DNA of 64,000 nt from Desulfobacteraceae bacterium (lineage in GTDB: Bacteria > Desulfobacterota > Desulfobacteria > Desulfobacterales > Desulfosalsimonadaceae), in contig JAABTJ010000010.1 in assembly GCA_011389935.1 (NCBI GenBank), forward strand, positions 929 through 64,928. Direction: 5' to 3'. A model generated the notes under the pieces. That model made no database searches and was not told where the DNA came from. It was given only the letters and a program-made list of their open reading frames with translations. This document shows positions 47,126 through 56,081 of the stretch, piece after piece (positions within the stretch are counted from its first letter, which is position 1; each line of letters begins with the position of its first letter). The position numbers and the translations under genes were made by a program.

Positions 47126-48196
47126 TTATTTGCCGGGGGCCTTTTTCTCACCGGCGGCTTCACCCGCCTCGGTTTTCGCCTGGTCCTTGGCTGCCGATGC
47201 TGCAAGGCCCAGGGCCTCCTTTACCCTGGCTTTCAGATTGGTATAAAATTCCGGATTGTCGTCGAAATATTTTTTGACATTTTCACGCCCCTGCCCGATT
47301 CGTTCCCCCTGGTAGCTGTACCATGAACCGCTCTTGTCGATCACCTCCATTTTAACCCCCACGTCGAGCAGGTCGCCGCTGGCGGAGATCCCCTCCCCGT
47401 ACATGATGTCGAATTCCGCTTCCTTGAACGGCGGGGCGACCTTGTTTTTCACGACCTTGGCCCGCGTCCGGCTCCCGACGGTCTCCTGGTTCTCCTTGAT
47501 GGCGCCGGTGCGCCGGACCTCGATCCGGACGGTGGAATAAAACTTGAGCGCATTCCCCCCCGTCGTGGTTTCCGGGTTGCCGAAAACCACGCCGATCTTC
47601 ATGCGGATCTGGTTGATGAAAATCAGTGAGGTCATGGTTTTGCTGATGGAACCGGTCAGTTTCCGCAGCGCCTGGGACATGAGCCTGGCCTGGAGCCCCA
47701 TGTGGGAATCCCCCATCTCCCCCTCGATTTCCGCACGGGGCACCAGTGCGGCCACCGAATCAATCACCAGTATATCGATCGCACCGCTTCGGATCAGCAT
47801 GTCGGCGATTTCCAGGGCCTGCTCCCCGGTATCCGGCTGGGAAACCAGGAGCTCATCGACATTGACGCCCAGTTTCCTGGCATAAGAGGTATCCAGGGCA
47901 TGCTCGGCGTCGATAAAGGCGGCGATACCCCCCTGCTTCTGGGCTTCGGCAACCGCATGAAGCGCAAGCGTCGTTTTTCCGGAAGCCTCCGGGCCGTATA
48001 TCTCCGTTATCCTCCCCCGGGGCAGCCCGCCTACGCCCAGGGCCTGATCCAGTGCGATGGAGCCTGTCGGAATGGCGGGAATATCCACAATATAATTGCT
48101 GCCCAGCTTCATGACCGCCCCTTTGCCGAACTGGCGTTCGATCTGCCCCATGGCTGCCTGAACCGCTTTTTCCTTGTCCATCACCGGTTTGTTCAT
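47126..48196 (-). CDS. recA: Recombinase RecA
   Basis: 356 aa. Walker [19 protein letters not shown] and the L2 region. Lys/Ala-rich C-terminal tail. Confidence 0.96.
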   Translation of the reverse strand: MNKPVMDKEKAVQAAMGQIERQFGKGAVMKLGSNYIVDIPAIPTGSIALDQALGVGGLPRGRITEIYGPEASGKTTLALHAVAEAQKQGGIAAFIDAEHALDTSYARKLGVNVDELLVSQPDTGEQALEIADMLIRSGAIDILVIDSVAALVPRAEIEGEMGDSHMGLQARLMSQALRKLTGSISKTMTSLIFINQIRMKIGVVFGNPETTTGGNALKFYSTVRIEVRRTGAIKENQETVGSRTRAKVVKNKVAPPFKEAEFDIMYGEGISASGDLLDVGVKMEVIDKSGSWYSYQGERIGQGRENVKKYFDDNPEFYTNLKARVKEALGLAASAAKDQAKTEAGEAAGEKKAPGK

Positions 48197-48434
48197 CTAT
48201 CTGTCCCTCCGACTGGCTTTATTGATCATTTTTTCCGGCAGGCACCGTCTCCGGTTCATTTCCCCCCGGCTGCAAGGCTTTGCCGCAACATCGATATGAT
48301 GCATGCGAACAGGTAATGTAGCATTTTCTTTTCCATTAATAAACCATGATAGACTCGTAAATACCATGTTGGTCCCAAACGATGTTAGAATAAGAGGGCT
48401 ACAAAAACCTTATTCAACAAAGGAGGGAACCAAC

Positions 48435-48587
48435 ATGGCGAAAATCAATTTATCACAGTTAAACGATGTTTTGGAAAAACAAATTGGTACTGTTTTTCAC
48501 GTTGGTATTGATGTTCATAAAAAGTCGTTTTCAGACGGCTTTGTAAAATGTTCAAGATCAAGGCGCGTGCAATTTTTGAAGAATTGA
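48435..48587 (+). pseudogene. 5' stub of an IS110-family (DEDD) transposase gene
   Basis: AGGAGGG RBS then MAKINLSQLNDVLEKQIGTVFHVGIDVHKKSF, where VGIDV-x-K is the N-terminal catalytic motif of IS110 transposases. The reading frame collapses about 20 codons later, and the rest of the gene is absent. Confidence 0.6.
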
Positions 48588-48664
48588 TCGTACTTCGCCG
48601 TACGTGAGATTCTTCAGAAATTGTGCGCAACGCAGATATTGGACTCTTTACGAAGCCGTCAACC
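48505..48664 (+). repeat. Copy B of the miniature IS110-related repeat
   Basis: 48550-48664 matches the reverse complement of 8681-8795. It is contiguous with the transposase stub, suggesting an internally deleted IS. Confidence 0.8.
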
Positions 48665-48665
48665 A

Positions 48666-49313
48666 TCATTCTTCCGTAAGACCACCAAGGGAATGGGCTT
48701 GACGGCATGTATACACGGGCCCGCGGGGGGTAAGACGGCTTTCAAAAAGGCAGAGCACACCCGCCCGAAAAGACCCTGAAGCGAAATCTCCGTAACGGGA
48801 GATCACGGAAATGACATTTTCCGGATCGATTTTTCCCTTGAACCGGGCAAGGGTCAAATGGGGGGTAAATCTCCTGTCTTCCTTTTCAAAACCAATGTCG
48901 GACAGATTGTCCTTTACCCGGTTCTGCAGCCGGGAAAGCCTGTCTGTCTCCCCCAACACGCCGGTCCACAGCACCCGGGGCCGCTTTACGCCCGGAAAAA
49001 CCGACAAGCCCGCGGCCCATAGCGTTATGGGCGGGAAACCGACTGCTGCATCCGCAAGCTGCCGGCCGATATCCTCTATTCGTGACGCAGGGGTTTCTCC
49101 AAGAAACGCAAGCGTCAGGTGGATGTTTTCCGCTGCACTCCATTTTGCCGGAAAACCGGATTGCCGTATTTTCTCCTGAAGCTGGGACAGGGATTCCTTT
49201 ACGAATTCCGGCAGTTCAATGGCCACGAACAGGCGCACCCGTCTCTCCCGGTAAACGCTTTGGGCGCCGGACGGTTTTTCACCCGTAACGCCCTGATGCC
49301 CGTCCATATGCAC
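48666..49313 (-). CDS. thpR: RNA 2',3'-cyclic phosphodiesterase (2'-5' RNA ligase, ThpR/LigT family)
   Basis: Two H-x-T-x motifs (HLTLAFLG and HLTLARF). The RLFVAIELP start region is typical. The true start may be the GTG at 49238. Confidence 0.82.
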   Translation of the reverse strand: MHMDGHQGVTGEKPSGAQSVYRERRVRLFVAIELPEFVKESLSQLQEKIRQSGFPAKWSAAENIHLTLAFLGETPASRIEDIGRQLADAAVGFPPITLWAAGLSVFPGVKRPRVLWTGVLGETDRLSRLQNRVKDNLSDIGFEKEDRRFTPHLTLARFKGKIDPENVISVISRYGDFASGSFRAGVLCLFESRLTPRGPVYTCRQAHSLGGLTEE

Positions 49314-49316
49314 CCC

Positions 49317-50495
49317 TTATCCCTTCCCTTGCACGTGGTCTTCTTCGGCATGCCGCATCACCAGTTCATACACTTCGCGAATGGGCAGGTTCATGGACAA
49401 TGCGATTCTTTTACATTCTTCGAACTCCGGCGCAATGCGTCTTTTGCCGTCGGGCGTCCGGATCTCCTTGGCCTGAACCCGTCCGTAGGGCGTGGAGACA
49501 AACACCGCTTTTCTCTCCAGCACCCGGCGCCCGACGCTGTGATGCCTCAGCCCGGCGGCGCTGGTTTCCGTCAGGATCATGCGGCTGATCACCGGCAATA
49601 TCGCCCGGTGACACAACACCTGCAGAAACGTTCCGGGACGCCCTTTTTTCATATACACCGGAAAAAGGCATACATCGAGGGCGCCGGCGTCAAACAGTCT
49701 GTCGGCCAGGTATCCGAACACTTCCGGATTCATGTCGTCAATGCTGGTTTCGACGATTTCCACATAATCGGAGGAAGCCGTTTCCGGATGCCCCGTAATA
49801 ATCCGAAGCATATTGGGCTGACGGGGAAGATCGCGGCTTCCGGCGCCATAACCGATGCCTGTTACCACCATGTCCGGCACCGGCTCAAACGATTGTGCAA
49901 AGGTTGCAAGGATGGCCGCACCCGTCGGCGTCACCAGCTCAGACACGATATCGGTGCCGTAAACCGGTATGCCGGTAAGGATGGACAACGTGGCCGGTGC
50001 CGGCACCGGCAGCCGGCCATGAGCGCACTCGACCATGCCCGAACCAACGGCGACCCTGGATGCCGCTACGCTCCGGAAGCCCATGCGCTCCATGCAGATG
50101 GCCGTCCCCACCACATCCACGATGGCATCCATACCCCCCAGCTCGTGAAAGTGAACGTCATCTTCCGGAACCCCGTGAATCGCGGCCTCCGCACCGGCGA
50201 TTTTTTGAAACATGGCCAGGCTCTTTTCGGCCGCAAATTGGGAGAGCCGGGAGTTTTCGATGAGCGCCCGGATCGCTGCATAATCCCGGACCCCGGCATC
50301 GGAGACGATCACGTCGACCTTTTTCCCGGAGATGCCCCCCCGCTCGACCCCGTGGGCGCGGATGGAAAAGCCATCAAGACCGAGCGCCTCCTTGAGCCGG
50401 TCTTCCAGCCAGCCGGCAGAAATGCCCAGATCCACCAGTGCCCCCAGGGTCATGTCCCCGCTGATTCCCGAAAAACAGTCAAAATAAGCAATCAT
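49317..50495 (-). CDS. larC: Nickel-pincer cofactor nickel insertion protein LarC (DUF111)
   Basis: 392 aa. MIAYFDCFSGISGDMTLGALVDLG is the LarC/DUF111 N-terminal signature. Confidence 0.88.
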   Translation of the reverse strand: MIAYFDCFSGISGDMTLGALVDLGISAGWLEDRLKEALGLDGFSIRAHGVERGGISGKKVDVIVSDAGVRDYAAIRALIENSRLSQFAAEKSLAMFQKIAGAEAAIHGVPEDDVHFHELGGMDAIVDVVGTAICMERMGFRSVAASRVAVGSGMVECAHGRLPVPAPATLSILTGIPVYGTDIVSELVTPTGAAILATFAQSFEPVPDMVVTGIGYGAGSRDLPRQPNMLRIITGHPETASSDYVEIVETSIDDMNPEVFGYLADRLFDAGALDVCLFPVYMKKGRPGTFLQVLCHRAILPVISRMILTETSAAGLRHHSVGRRVLERKAVFVSTPYGRVQAKEIRTPDGKRRIAPEFEECKRIALSMNLPIREVYELVMRHAEEDHVQGKG

Positions 50496-51679
50496 ATTGC
50501 TTTTTCTTCCCCCCGGCCGGCATGGACGCCCATGATTTCAACAACAAGCGCAACGGTCTTCACCATGTCCGCCAGGCGGATGCTCTCGCGCACGGTATGG
50601 GCATCGCGCATGCCGGTACCGATCACGCCGGTAACGATATTTTTCGAAAAAAAGATGTTGGCATCCGAGCCGCCGCCGGTTTTTTTGGAAACCAGGGTGC
50701 GCCCCAGGTTTTGTGCCGCCGTCCTGGCAATCGTGACGACCGGGTGATCTTCGGAGATGAACGTATTGGGGAACTGGTTTTTAATGGAAACCGTCAGCCG
50801 CGGCAGATCCCCGTTGGTTTGCCTTTCCGGGGCATTGTGAACCGTCTCTTCAAAAACGGCCGTAATCTCGCGGGTTACCTTTTCCAGCATCGACGCATCG
50901 TGGCTTCTGGCCTCCCCTTTGATATGCACCGTCTCCGGAACGATATTCGTGGCCCCGGCACATTCGATAAAACCGATATTGCACGTGGTTTCGGAATCGA
51001 TCCTCCCCAGGCGCAGCCCGGCGATCGCCCTTGCCGCAACCACGATGGCATTGATCCCTTTTTCCGGCTCGGCTCCGGCATGGGCGGACTTCCCGTGCAC
51101 GGTGAACTCGAAATGATTCGCCGCAGGGGCGCTGGTGACAATCGACTCCGTGTCGAAGGTATCCAGGGCATACCCATACCCGGCGTTCAAAAGGGAATAA
51201 TCGAGATGGCTTGCCCCCAGCAGACCGATTTCCTCGCAGGTGGTCAACACCACTTCGATGGGGCCATGGGGGAGGTCATTTTCCTGGATGACCCGCATGG
51301 CTTCAATAATGATGGCAATGGCGCTTTTGTCATCCGCCCCTAAAACGGTGGTGCCGTCGCTGACAAACACACCGTCCGCAAACTGCGGCTTGATCCCTTT
51401 TCCGGGTTCAACCGTATCCATGTGCGCATTAAAAAACAGCGGCGGGGCAGCGCGATTCCCCTTGAACCTGGCGATGAGATTGCCGGTGTCGCTCCCGGTA
51501 TGGCGACCGCTGTCGTCAATGAATATATCCGCTCCCATGGATTCCAGTATTTTCCGTATCTCCCGGGATATGACGCCTTCCTGCCTGGAAACACTGTCGA
51601 TCTGTACCAGGTATTCGAAAAGATCCCGCAGCCGCCTTTCATTTATCATCGCAGTTCGTCCTTTAAAAAGCTTGACCAA
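50492..51679 (-). CDS. M20 family metallopeptidase (tripeptidase/PepT-like)
   Basis: 395 aa. LFFNAHMDTVEPG, TTCEEIGLLGA and the dimerisation-domain pattern fit the M20 family. Overlaps larC by 4 nt. Confidence 0.8.
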   Translation of the reverse strand: MVKLFKGRTAMINERRLRDLFEYLVQIDSVSRQEGVISREIRKILESMGADIFIDDSGRHTGSDTGNLIARFKGNRAAPPLFFNAHMDTVEPGKGIKPQFADGVFVSDGTTVLGADDKSAIAIIIEAMRVIQENDLPHGPIEVVLTTCEEIGLLGASHLDYSLLNAGYGYALDTFDTESIVTSAPAANHFEFTVHGKSAHAGAEPEKGINAIVVAARAIAGLRLGRIDSETTCNIGFIECAGATNIVPETVHIKGEARSHDASMLEKVTREITAVFEETVHNAPERQTNGDLPRLTVSIKNQFPNTFISEDHPVVTIARTAAQNLGRTLVSKKTGGGSDANIFFSKNIVTGVIGTGMRDAHTVRESIRLADMVKTVALVVEIMGVHAGRGEEKAI

Positions 51680-51700
51680 TCAAAAAATAAACGGTATTTT
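51672..51700 (+). promoter_or_regulatory. Putative sigma70 promoter for selC
   Basis: TTGACC, 17-nt spacer, TATTTT, ending about 31 nt upstream of the tRNA 5' end. Confidence 0.35.
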
Positions 51701-51731
51701 TCCACGCGTTGTACCATCAGGCAAAAACCAC

Positions 51732-51829
51732 GGAAGTGCGCAGCTCACTGGTGGGGCTCCCGGACTTCAAATCCGGTGTGGGGCGTTAAAACCGTCCCGG
51801 GTGGGTTCGATTCCCATGCACTTCCGCCA
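51732..51829 (+). tRNA. selC: tRNA-Sec (anticodon UCA)
   Basis: GGAAGTGC...GCACTTCC-G-CCA forms an 8-bp acceptor stem. Anticodon loop CTTCAAA, long variable arm, T-arm GGTTCGATTCC. The layout matches E. coli selC almost block for block. Confidence 0.93.
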
Positions 51830-52916
51830 TATCCCCTTTTGCATATCCCAGCACATTGTAGCAAATCACGGGCTCCAGCTTGTTTTTCACGTAGACTTCA
51901 CCGCGGCTTTCAAAATGGAAGTTTCCCGTATTCTGGAGGCAGGTCTTCTCGCCAACGAGGATTTCCCCCCCATTTGCCATTTGCTCCAGGCGCGCCGCCA
52001 CGTTGACGCAGTCGCCGATGACAGTGTAATCCATCCGGTTTTCAGATCCGATATTGCCGATGATAGCCGTGCCGGTATTGATGCCAATGCCGATATCAAA
52101 CACTTCCTGTCCTTTTTCCTGCCGCATCTTCCGGATTTCCCGGGTGGCGGCCATCATCTCCAGGGCCGTCCGAATCGCGTTTTCCGGATGATTGCCCACG
52201 GAATCGACCAGGCCGAATACGGCGATCAGCTGGTCCCCCACAAATTTATCCAGCAATCCATGGTTTTTAAAAATAATATCCACCATCACCGAAAAATACT
52301 CGTTGAGCATGGCAACCACGTCTTCCGCCGCCATACGCTCGGCAATGGCCGTAAAAGAACGGATATCCGCGAAAAGGATGGTCACCATGTTTCTTTCGGT
52401 TTCAAGAAAAACGCCGTCTTTCAGGTCGATGAGCTTTTCGACCAGGTTGTTCCCAACGTAACGGCTGATCCGGTTTCGCAGTTCTTCTTCCTGCTTGGAC
52501 CGCTGGTAGGAAAGGGACAGGTCCCGGGCATATACCATCAGCTGGGTGGCCTGCTCCTGGTTTTTCCGATTCAGGTGGTTGAGTTTTTGCGCCATTGAAT
52601 TGAAATGCTTCGCGATTTCGGCAATCTCGGAATCGCCTCTGATTGTTATGGGGTCCTTTTTTTCACCGGATTGGAGCTTGCTGATTTCCCTGCTCAACAT
52701 GGAAATCTGGTCGGCGGACCGGCGAAGCAGTGCATAACCCGCAAAGATGGAAAGCAACGCCAGAATGGCAAAAAGATATCCCGTTTCAGACGGCGTGATG
52801 CGCTCGTAAAAAAAGAGGTAAATGACCAGCAGATACGGCAGAAGGGCCATCATCCCGAGGGCTACAAGGATTTTACCTGAAAATGTATTATAGGTTCTTC
52901 GAAAACCCGATTTCAT
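51786..52916 (-). CDS. Membrane-anchored HAMP plus class III adenylate/guanylate cyclase
   Basis: 376 aa. Two N-terminal TM segments and a HAMP-like linker. Cyclase core VTILFADIRSFTAIAE...GDQLIAVFG...GINTGTAIIGNIGS. The last ~15 codons run antisense through selC. Confidence 0.85.
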   Translation of the reverse strand: MKSGFRRTYNTFSGKILVALGMMALLPYLLVIYLFFYERITPSETGYLFAILALLSIFAGYALLRRSADQISMLSREISKLQSGEKKDPITIRGDSEIAEIAKHFNSMAQKLNHLNRKNQEQATQLMVYARDLSLSYQRSKQEEELRNRISRYVGNNLVEKLIDLKDGVFLETERNMVTILFADIRSFTAIAERMAAEDVVAMLNEYFSVMVDIIFKNHGLLDKFVGDQLIAVFGLVDSVGNHPENAIRTALEMMAATREIRKMRQEKGQEVFDIGIGINTGTAIIGNIGSENRMDYTVIGDCVNVAARLEQMANGGEILVGEKTCLQNTGNFHFESRGEVYVKNKLEPVICYNVLGYAKGDMAEVHGNRTHPGRF

Positions 52917-53389
52917 CCAATTGACCCAGAATCATGGTTGTCAATCCGCTCAAATTCAAAGGAGCGATCAAACTGAACGGCAATACCGGCCGGCTGTTTT
53001 TCATTTGCCTGCCCATCGGCCTTACCCTCGTGATGAATTCGTACGACTGTGGCTTCCGTACGTATCTGCGCCCGTACATCATTGGTTCCATCAAGCATTA
53101 TGGAAAGGTGGAGCAACTGGCCGGGATAATAATTTTCCGGGTTTCGGGAAACAAACAGGGCGCCGCCTCCCGATATATCCTTTAATACGGTTTTTTCATG
53201 GTCCGTCCCGTTTTCAAAACCCTTTTTCCAGGAAACGATTACCGGAAAAGAAACCCAGTGCCGTGAAAATTCCCTGTGATCACGCGTCATATGATCCGGG
53301 CAATCCACCTGCTGCTCCGGGAACGGTTCTTTCTTTTTGCGAAACATCCCGCCGGGCAAATATTTCCTGAAAAAACGCAAAAATCCCAT
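52913..53389 (-). CDS. PilZ domain protein (putative c-di-GMP receptor)
   Basis: 158 aa. R-x-x-x-R (REFSRH) followed by DISGGGALF, the bipartite PilZ motif. Overlaps the cyclase gene by 4 nt. Confidence 0.8.
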   Translation of the reverse strand: MGFLRFFRKYLPGGMFRKKKEPFPEQQVDCPDHMTRDHREFSRHWVSFPVIVSWKKGFENGTDHEKTVLKDISGGGALFVSRNPENYYPGQLLHLSIMLDGTNDVRAQIRTEATVVRIHHEGKADGQANEKQPAGIAVQFDRSFEFERIDNHDSGSIG

Positions 53390-53526
53390 CCACTGAATCC
53401 CATTATTTCATGTGATTCCTTCGGGCTTTCCGAACCCCTGAAAAAAAATTGCCGGTGCTGCGCCGGAAAACATCGCCAGCGCAGACCGCCAACCCTTTCT
53501 GCATGAAGCGCAATGCGGATCGCCAC

Positions 53527-55908
53527 TTAGATGATACAAACGCGGCGGACTTCGGTCATATCGGTCAACCCCTGAAATACCTTCAGTATGCCGTCCTGCA
53601 TCAAGGTGGACATGCCCTGGCTGCTTGCCTGGTGAAACAGCTCTTCCGCGCTGGCCTGCTTTTTAATCATCCGCTTGATCTCGGGCGTTCCCTCCATCAT
53701 CTCATGAATCCCGAGCCGTCCCTTGTACCCGGTACCATTGCACTGTTCGCAGCCCACCGGCGCATAAAGCTTCAAGTCCTTCGAATATTCGATATTCACC
53801 GCCTTGAAGGCATCCGGTCGATACGCATCAACAATTTCATCAAATTCTTCTTTCGACGGATTATACTCATTTCTGCACTTTTTGCAGAGCCGCCGGAGAA
53901 GCCGCTGTGCCAGAACGCAGATAAACGCATCGGAAAAGTTAAGGGGGTTGAGCCCCATGTCCAGAAGACGGGTAACGGTTTCCGGCGCAGAGTTCGTATG
54001 AAGCGTCGAGAAAACAAGATGCCCGGTCAGTGATGCCTCGATGCCGATGGAGGCGGTTTCATAATCCCGCATTTCGCCGACCATGATAACGTCCGGGTCG
54101 GCCCGGAGAAAGGAACGCATGATCCGGGCAAAATCAAGCCCGATTTTGTTGTGCGTCTCGACCTGGCGCAACCCCTGCTGGCTGATTTCCACCGGATCCT
54201 CCGCCGTCCAGATTTTCCGCTCCGGGGTGTTGATGGCCCCCAGGGCGGAGTGGAGGGTGGTTGTCTTTCCGGAACCGGTGGGGCCGACACAGAGCACAAG
54301 CCCGTAAGGCTTGGCGATGGAGCGCTTCAAGACGCCCAGGTTCCTCTCGGTCAGGCCCATTTCGTCGATTTTCATGGCCCCGGATGCGGCCAGGATACGC
54401 AGCACCACATCTTCAAGACCGCCGCTGGTGGGCAGGGTCGCGACCCGCAGTTCAAACTGGGGGATCCCCCTGCGACGGAACTTGATCTTGCCGTCCTGGG
54501 GCAGGCGCCGCTCCGAAATATCCAGGTTGGACATGATTTTTATCCTGGATAAAATCGCCGTGGCAAAGGTGTTCGGCACTTCCGTAAAGTCCTGGCACAC
54601 GCCGTCGATTCGGAAACGCACCTTTGTACGCTTGGCGATGCCGCATGGCTCTATATGGATATCCGACGCGTTTCGCCGGTATGCGGTTATCAGAATCTGG
54701 TCGACCAGCCGGACCACTTTGCTGGAGGATTCGTCATACACATCCGCAACGTCTTCCTCTTCGTCCTCGTCCTCCTCGAAGGCGATGTCCGGAAGTTCTT
54801 CTATTGCTGCAGCAGGCGCGGGGCCTTCCGCGACCTGCTTCTTTTTTCCGGCAAAAAAATGATTGATGATCGCTTCGATATCTTCCTTGATGCCGACCGA
54901 AAATGTAAATTTGTTCGTATTAAACAGGGCCTTGGCATGATCCAGCTTTCTCAGGTCCTTGGGATCATCCAGGAGGATTTCGATATAATCGATTTCCCAG
55001 TGCAGGGGCACCCAGAGGTCCTGGAGAAGAAACGGCTTTTTCAGGTTGGCAAGGAGTTCATACGGGGCGCCCATTTCCGGATCAAACGTTTTAAACGGGC
55101 AGTTATAGTAGGCGGACAGGGATTTGCCGATCTCCTCCTTTGAAATCCGGAACTGGCTCATGAGCACATGTTCCACGCTCTTTTTGCTCTTCTTGGAAAT
55201 GCCCAGCGCCTTTTGGAGCTGATCCGTGGTCACGATCTCATTTCGGAGCAGGTAATCGTAGCGCGACTCATAACTTTTGCCCGGTTCGACCGACTTGATT
55301 TTCTCCTTGATCTTCGGGTATACCGGATCAATTTTCTGGACCGATTCAAAACTGCTTACCGCAAGCTCCTTGTAATCCCGCTGTTCCAGGGCCTGGCCCA
55401 GTTCATAACGGAGCGCGGCCTCGGCCTCTTTTTCCAGTTTGTATTCGGCTATTGTTTGATTGACCCACTCGACGACTTTTTCCGGGGGATACACGGCAAA
55501 CAGGCACTCCATGAGATGGGGCAGAAAATCCCCCACGGAAAAATCCATGGCAAAGAGTTTCCGGTATTCATCCACCGATTCCTTGTAGAGACCCAGCTCC
55601 TTGAATGCGGAAGCGCTGTCAAACGTTTCCGGGGCGCTTTCGCCGATGGAAAGCCCCGACTTGATATGGGAAACATCCTGGGAGGAAAGGTCCTGGGCCG
55701 CTTCCTGCTCGATTTCCTCCATTTCCTGGCCCAGTTCTTTTATCTTTGATTCGATTTGCCCCCGTTTCTCCCCATCGATGTCATGATATTCGGCAAGGAT
55801 GCTCTGATACAGGGCAACCGCTTCATCGAACAGGCCGTGGGATTCATATGCCTCGGCGGCTTTTATTTTGGACTGCAGGTCGTCGGATTGTTCGGATATG
55901 GTTTCCAT
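53527..55908 (-). CDS. GspE/PilB-family secretion ATPase with ~230-aa TPR-like N-terminal extension
   Basis: 793 aa. T2SSE N-domain (TTDQLQKALGISKKS...), Walker A GPTGSGKTT, Asp box, His box LVFSTLHTNSA, and a tetracysteine cluster CKKC...CEQC. Confidence 0.9.
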   Translation of the reverse strand: METISEQSDDLQSKIKAAEAYESHGLFDEAVALYQSILAEYHDIDGEKRGQIESKIKELGQEMEEIEQEAAQDLSSQDVSHIKSGLSIGESAPETFDSASAFKELGLYKESVDEYRKLFAMDFSVGDFLPHLMECLFAVYPPEKVVEWVNQTIAEYKLEKEAEAALRYELGQALEQRDYKELAVSSFESVQKIDPVYPKIKEKIKSVEPGKSYESRYDYLLRNEIVTTDQLQKALGISKKSKKSVEHVLMSQFRISKEEIGKSLSAYYNCPFKTFDPEMGAPYELLANLKKPFLLQDLWVPLHWEIDYIEILLDDPKDLRKLDHAKALFNTNKFTFSVGIKEDIEAIINHFFAGKKKQVAEGPAPAAAIEELPDIAFEEDEDEEEDVADVYDESSSKVVRLVDQILITAYRRNASDIHIEPCGIAKRTKVRFRIDGVCQDFTEVPNTFATAILSRIKIMSNLDISERRLPQDGKIKFRRRGIPQFELRVATLPTSGGLEDVVLRILAASGAMKIDEMGLTERNLGVLKRSIAKPYGLVLCVGPTGSGKTTTLHSALGAINTPERKIWTAEDPVEISQQGLRQVETHNKIGLDFARIMRSFLRADPDVIMVGEMRDYETASIGIEASLTGHLVFSTLHTNSAPETVTRLLDMGLNPLNFSDAFICVLAQRLLRRLCKKCRNEYNPSKEEFDEIVDAYRPDAFKAVNIEYSKDLKLYAPVGCEQCNGTGYKGRLGIHEMMEGTPEIKRMIKKQASAEELFHQASSQGMSTLMQDGILKVFQGLTDMTEVRRVCII

Positions 55909-56081
55909 TTGTTGTAAAATCCTTTTTCTTCTATATCCATGGTTTCATCCGCCCTCTCCGGATGGCGCACCGGAAAAGGGGCACCTTGAAACCCCCGAAA
56001 TGCACAGGATTCACTTGTAACGATTGTATGGCAAAACAATGGGCGGTTGCAAAGATGTGATTGAAAACCCGCATGAACGCG

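Noticed and set aside
49119-52598. 542-aa and 452-aa plus-strand ORFs
   Set aside because: They are antisense to thpR, larC, the M20 peptidase and the cyclase gene. The 452-aa ORF also runs straight through the selC tRNA. Their composition is typical of shadow frames.
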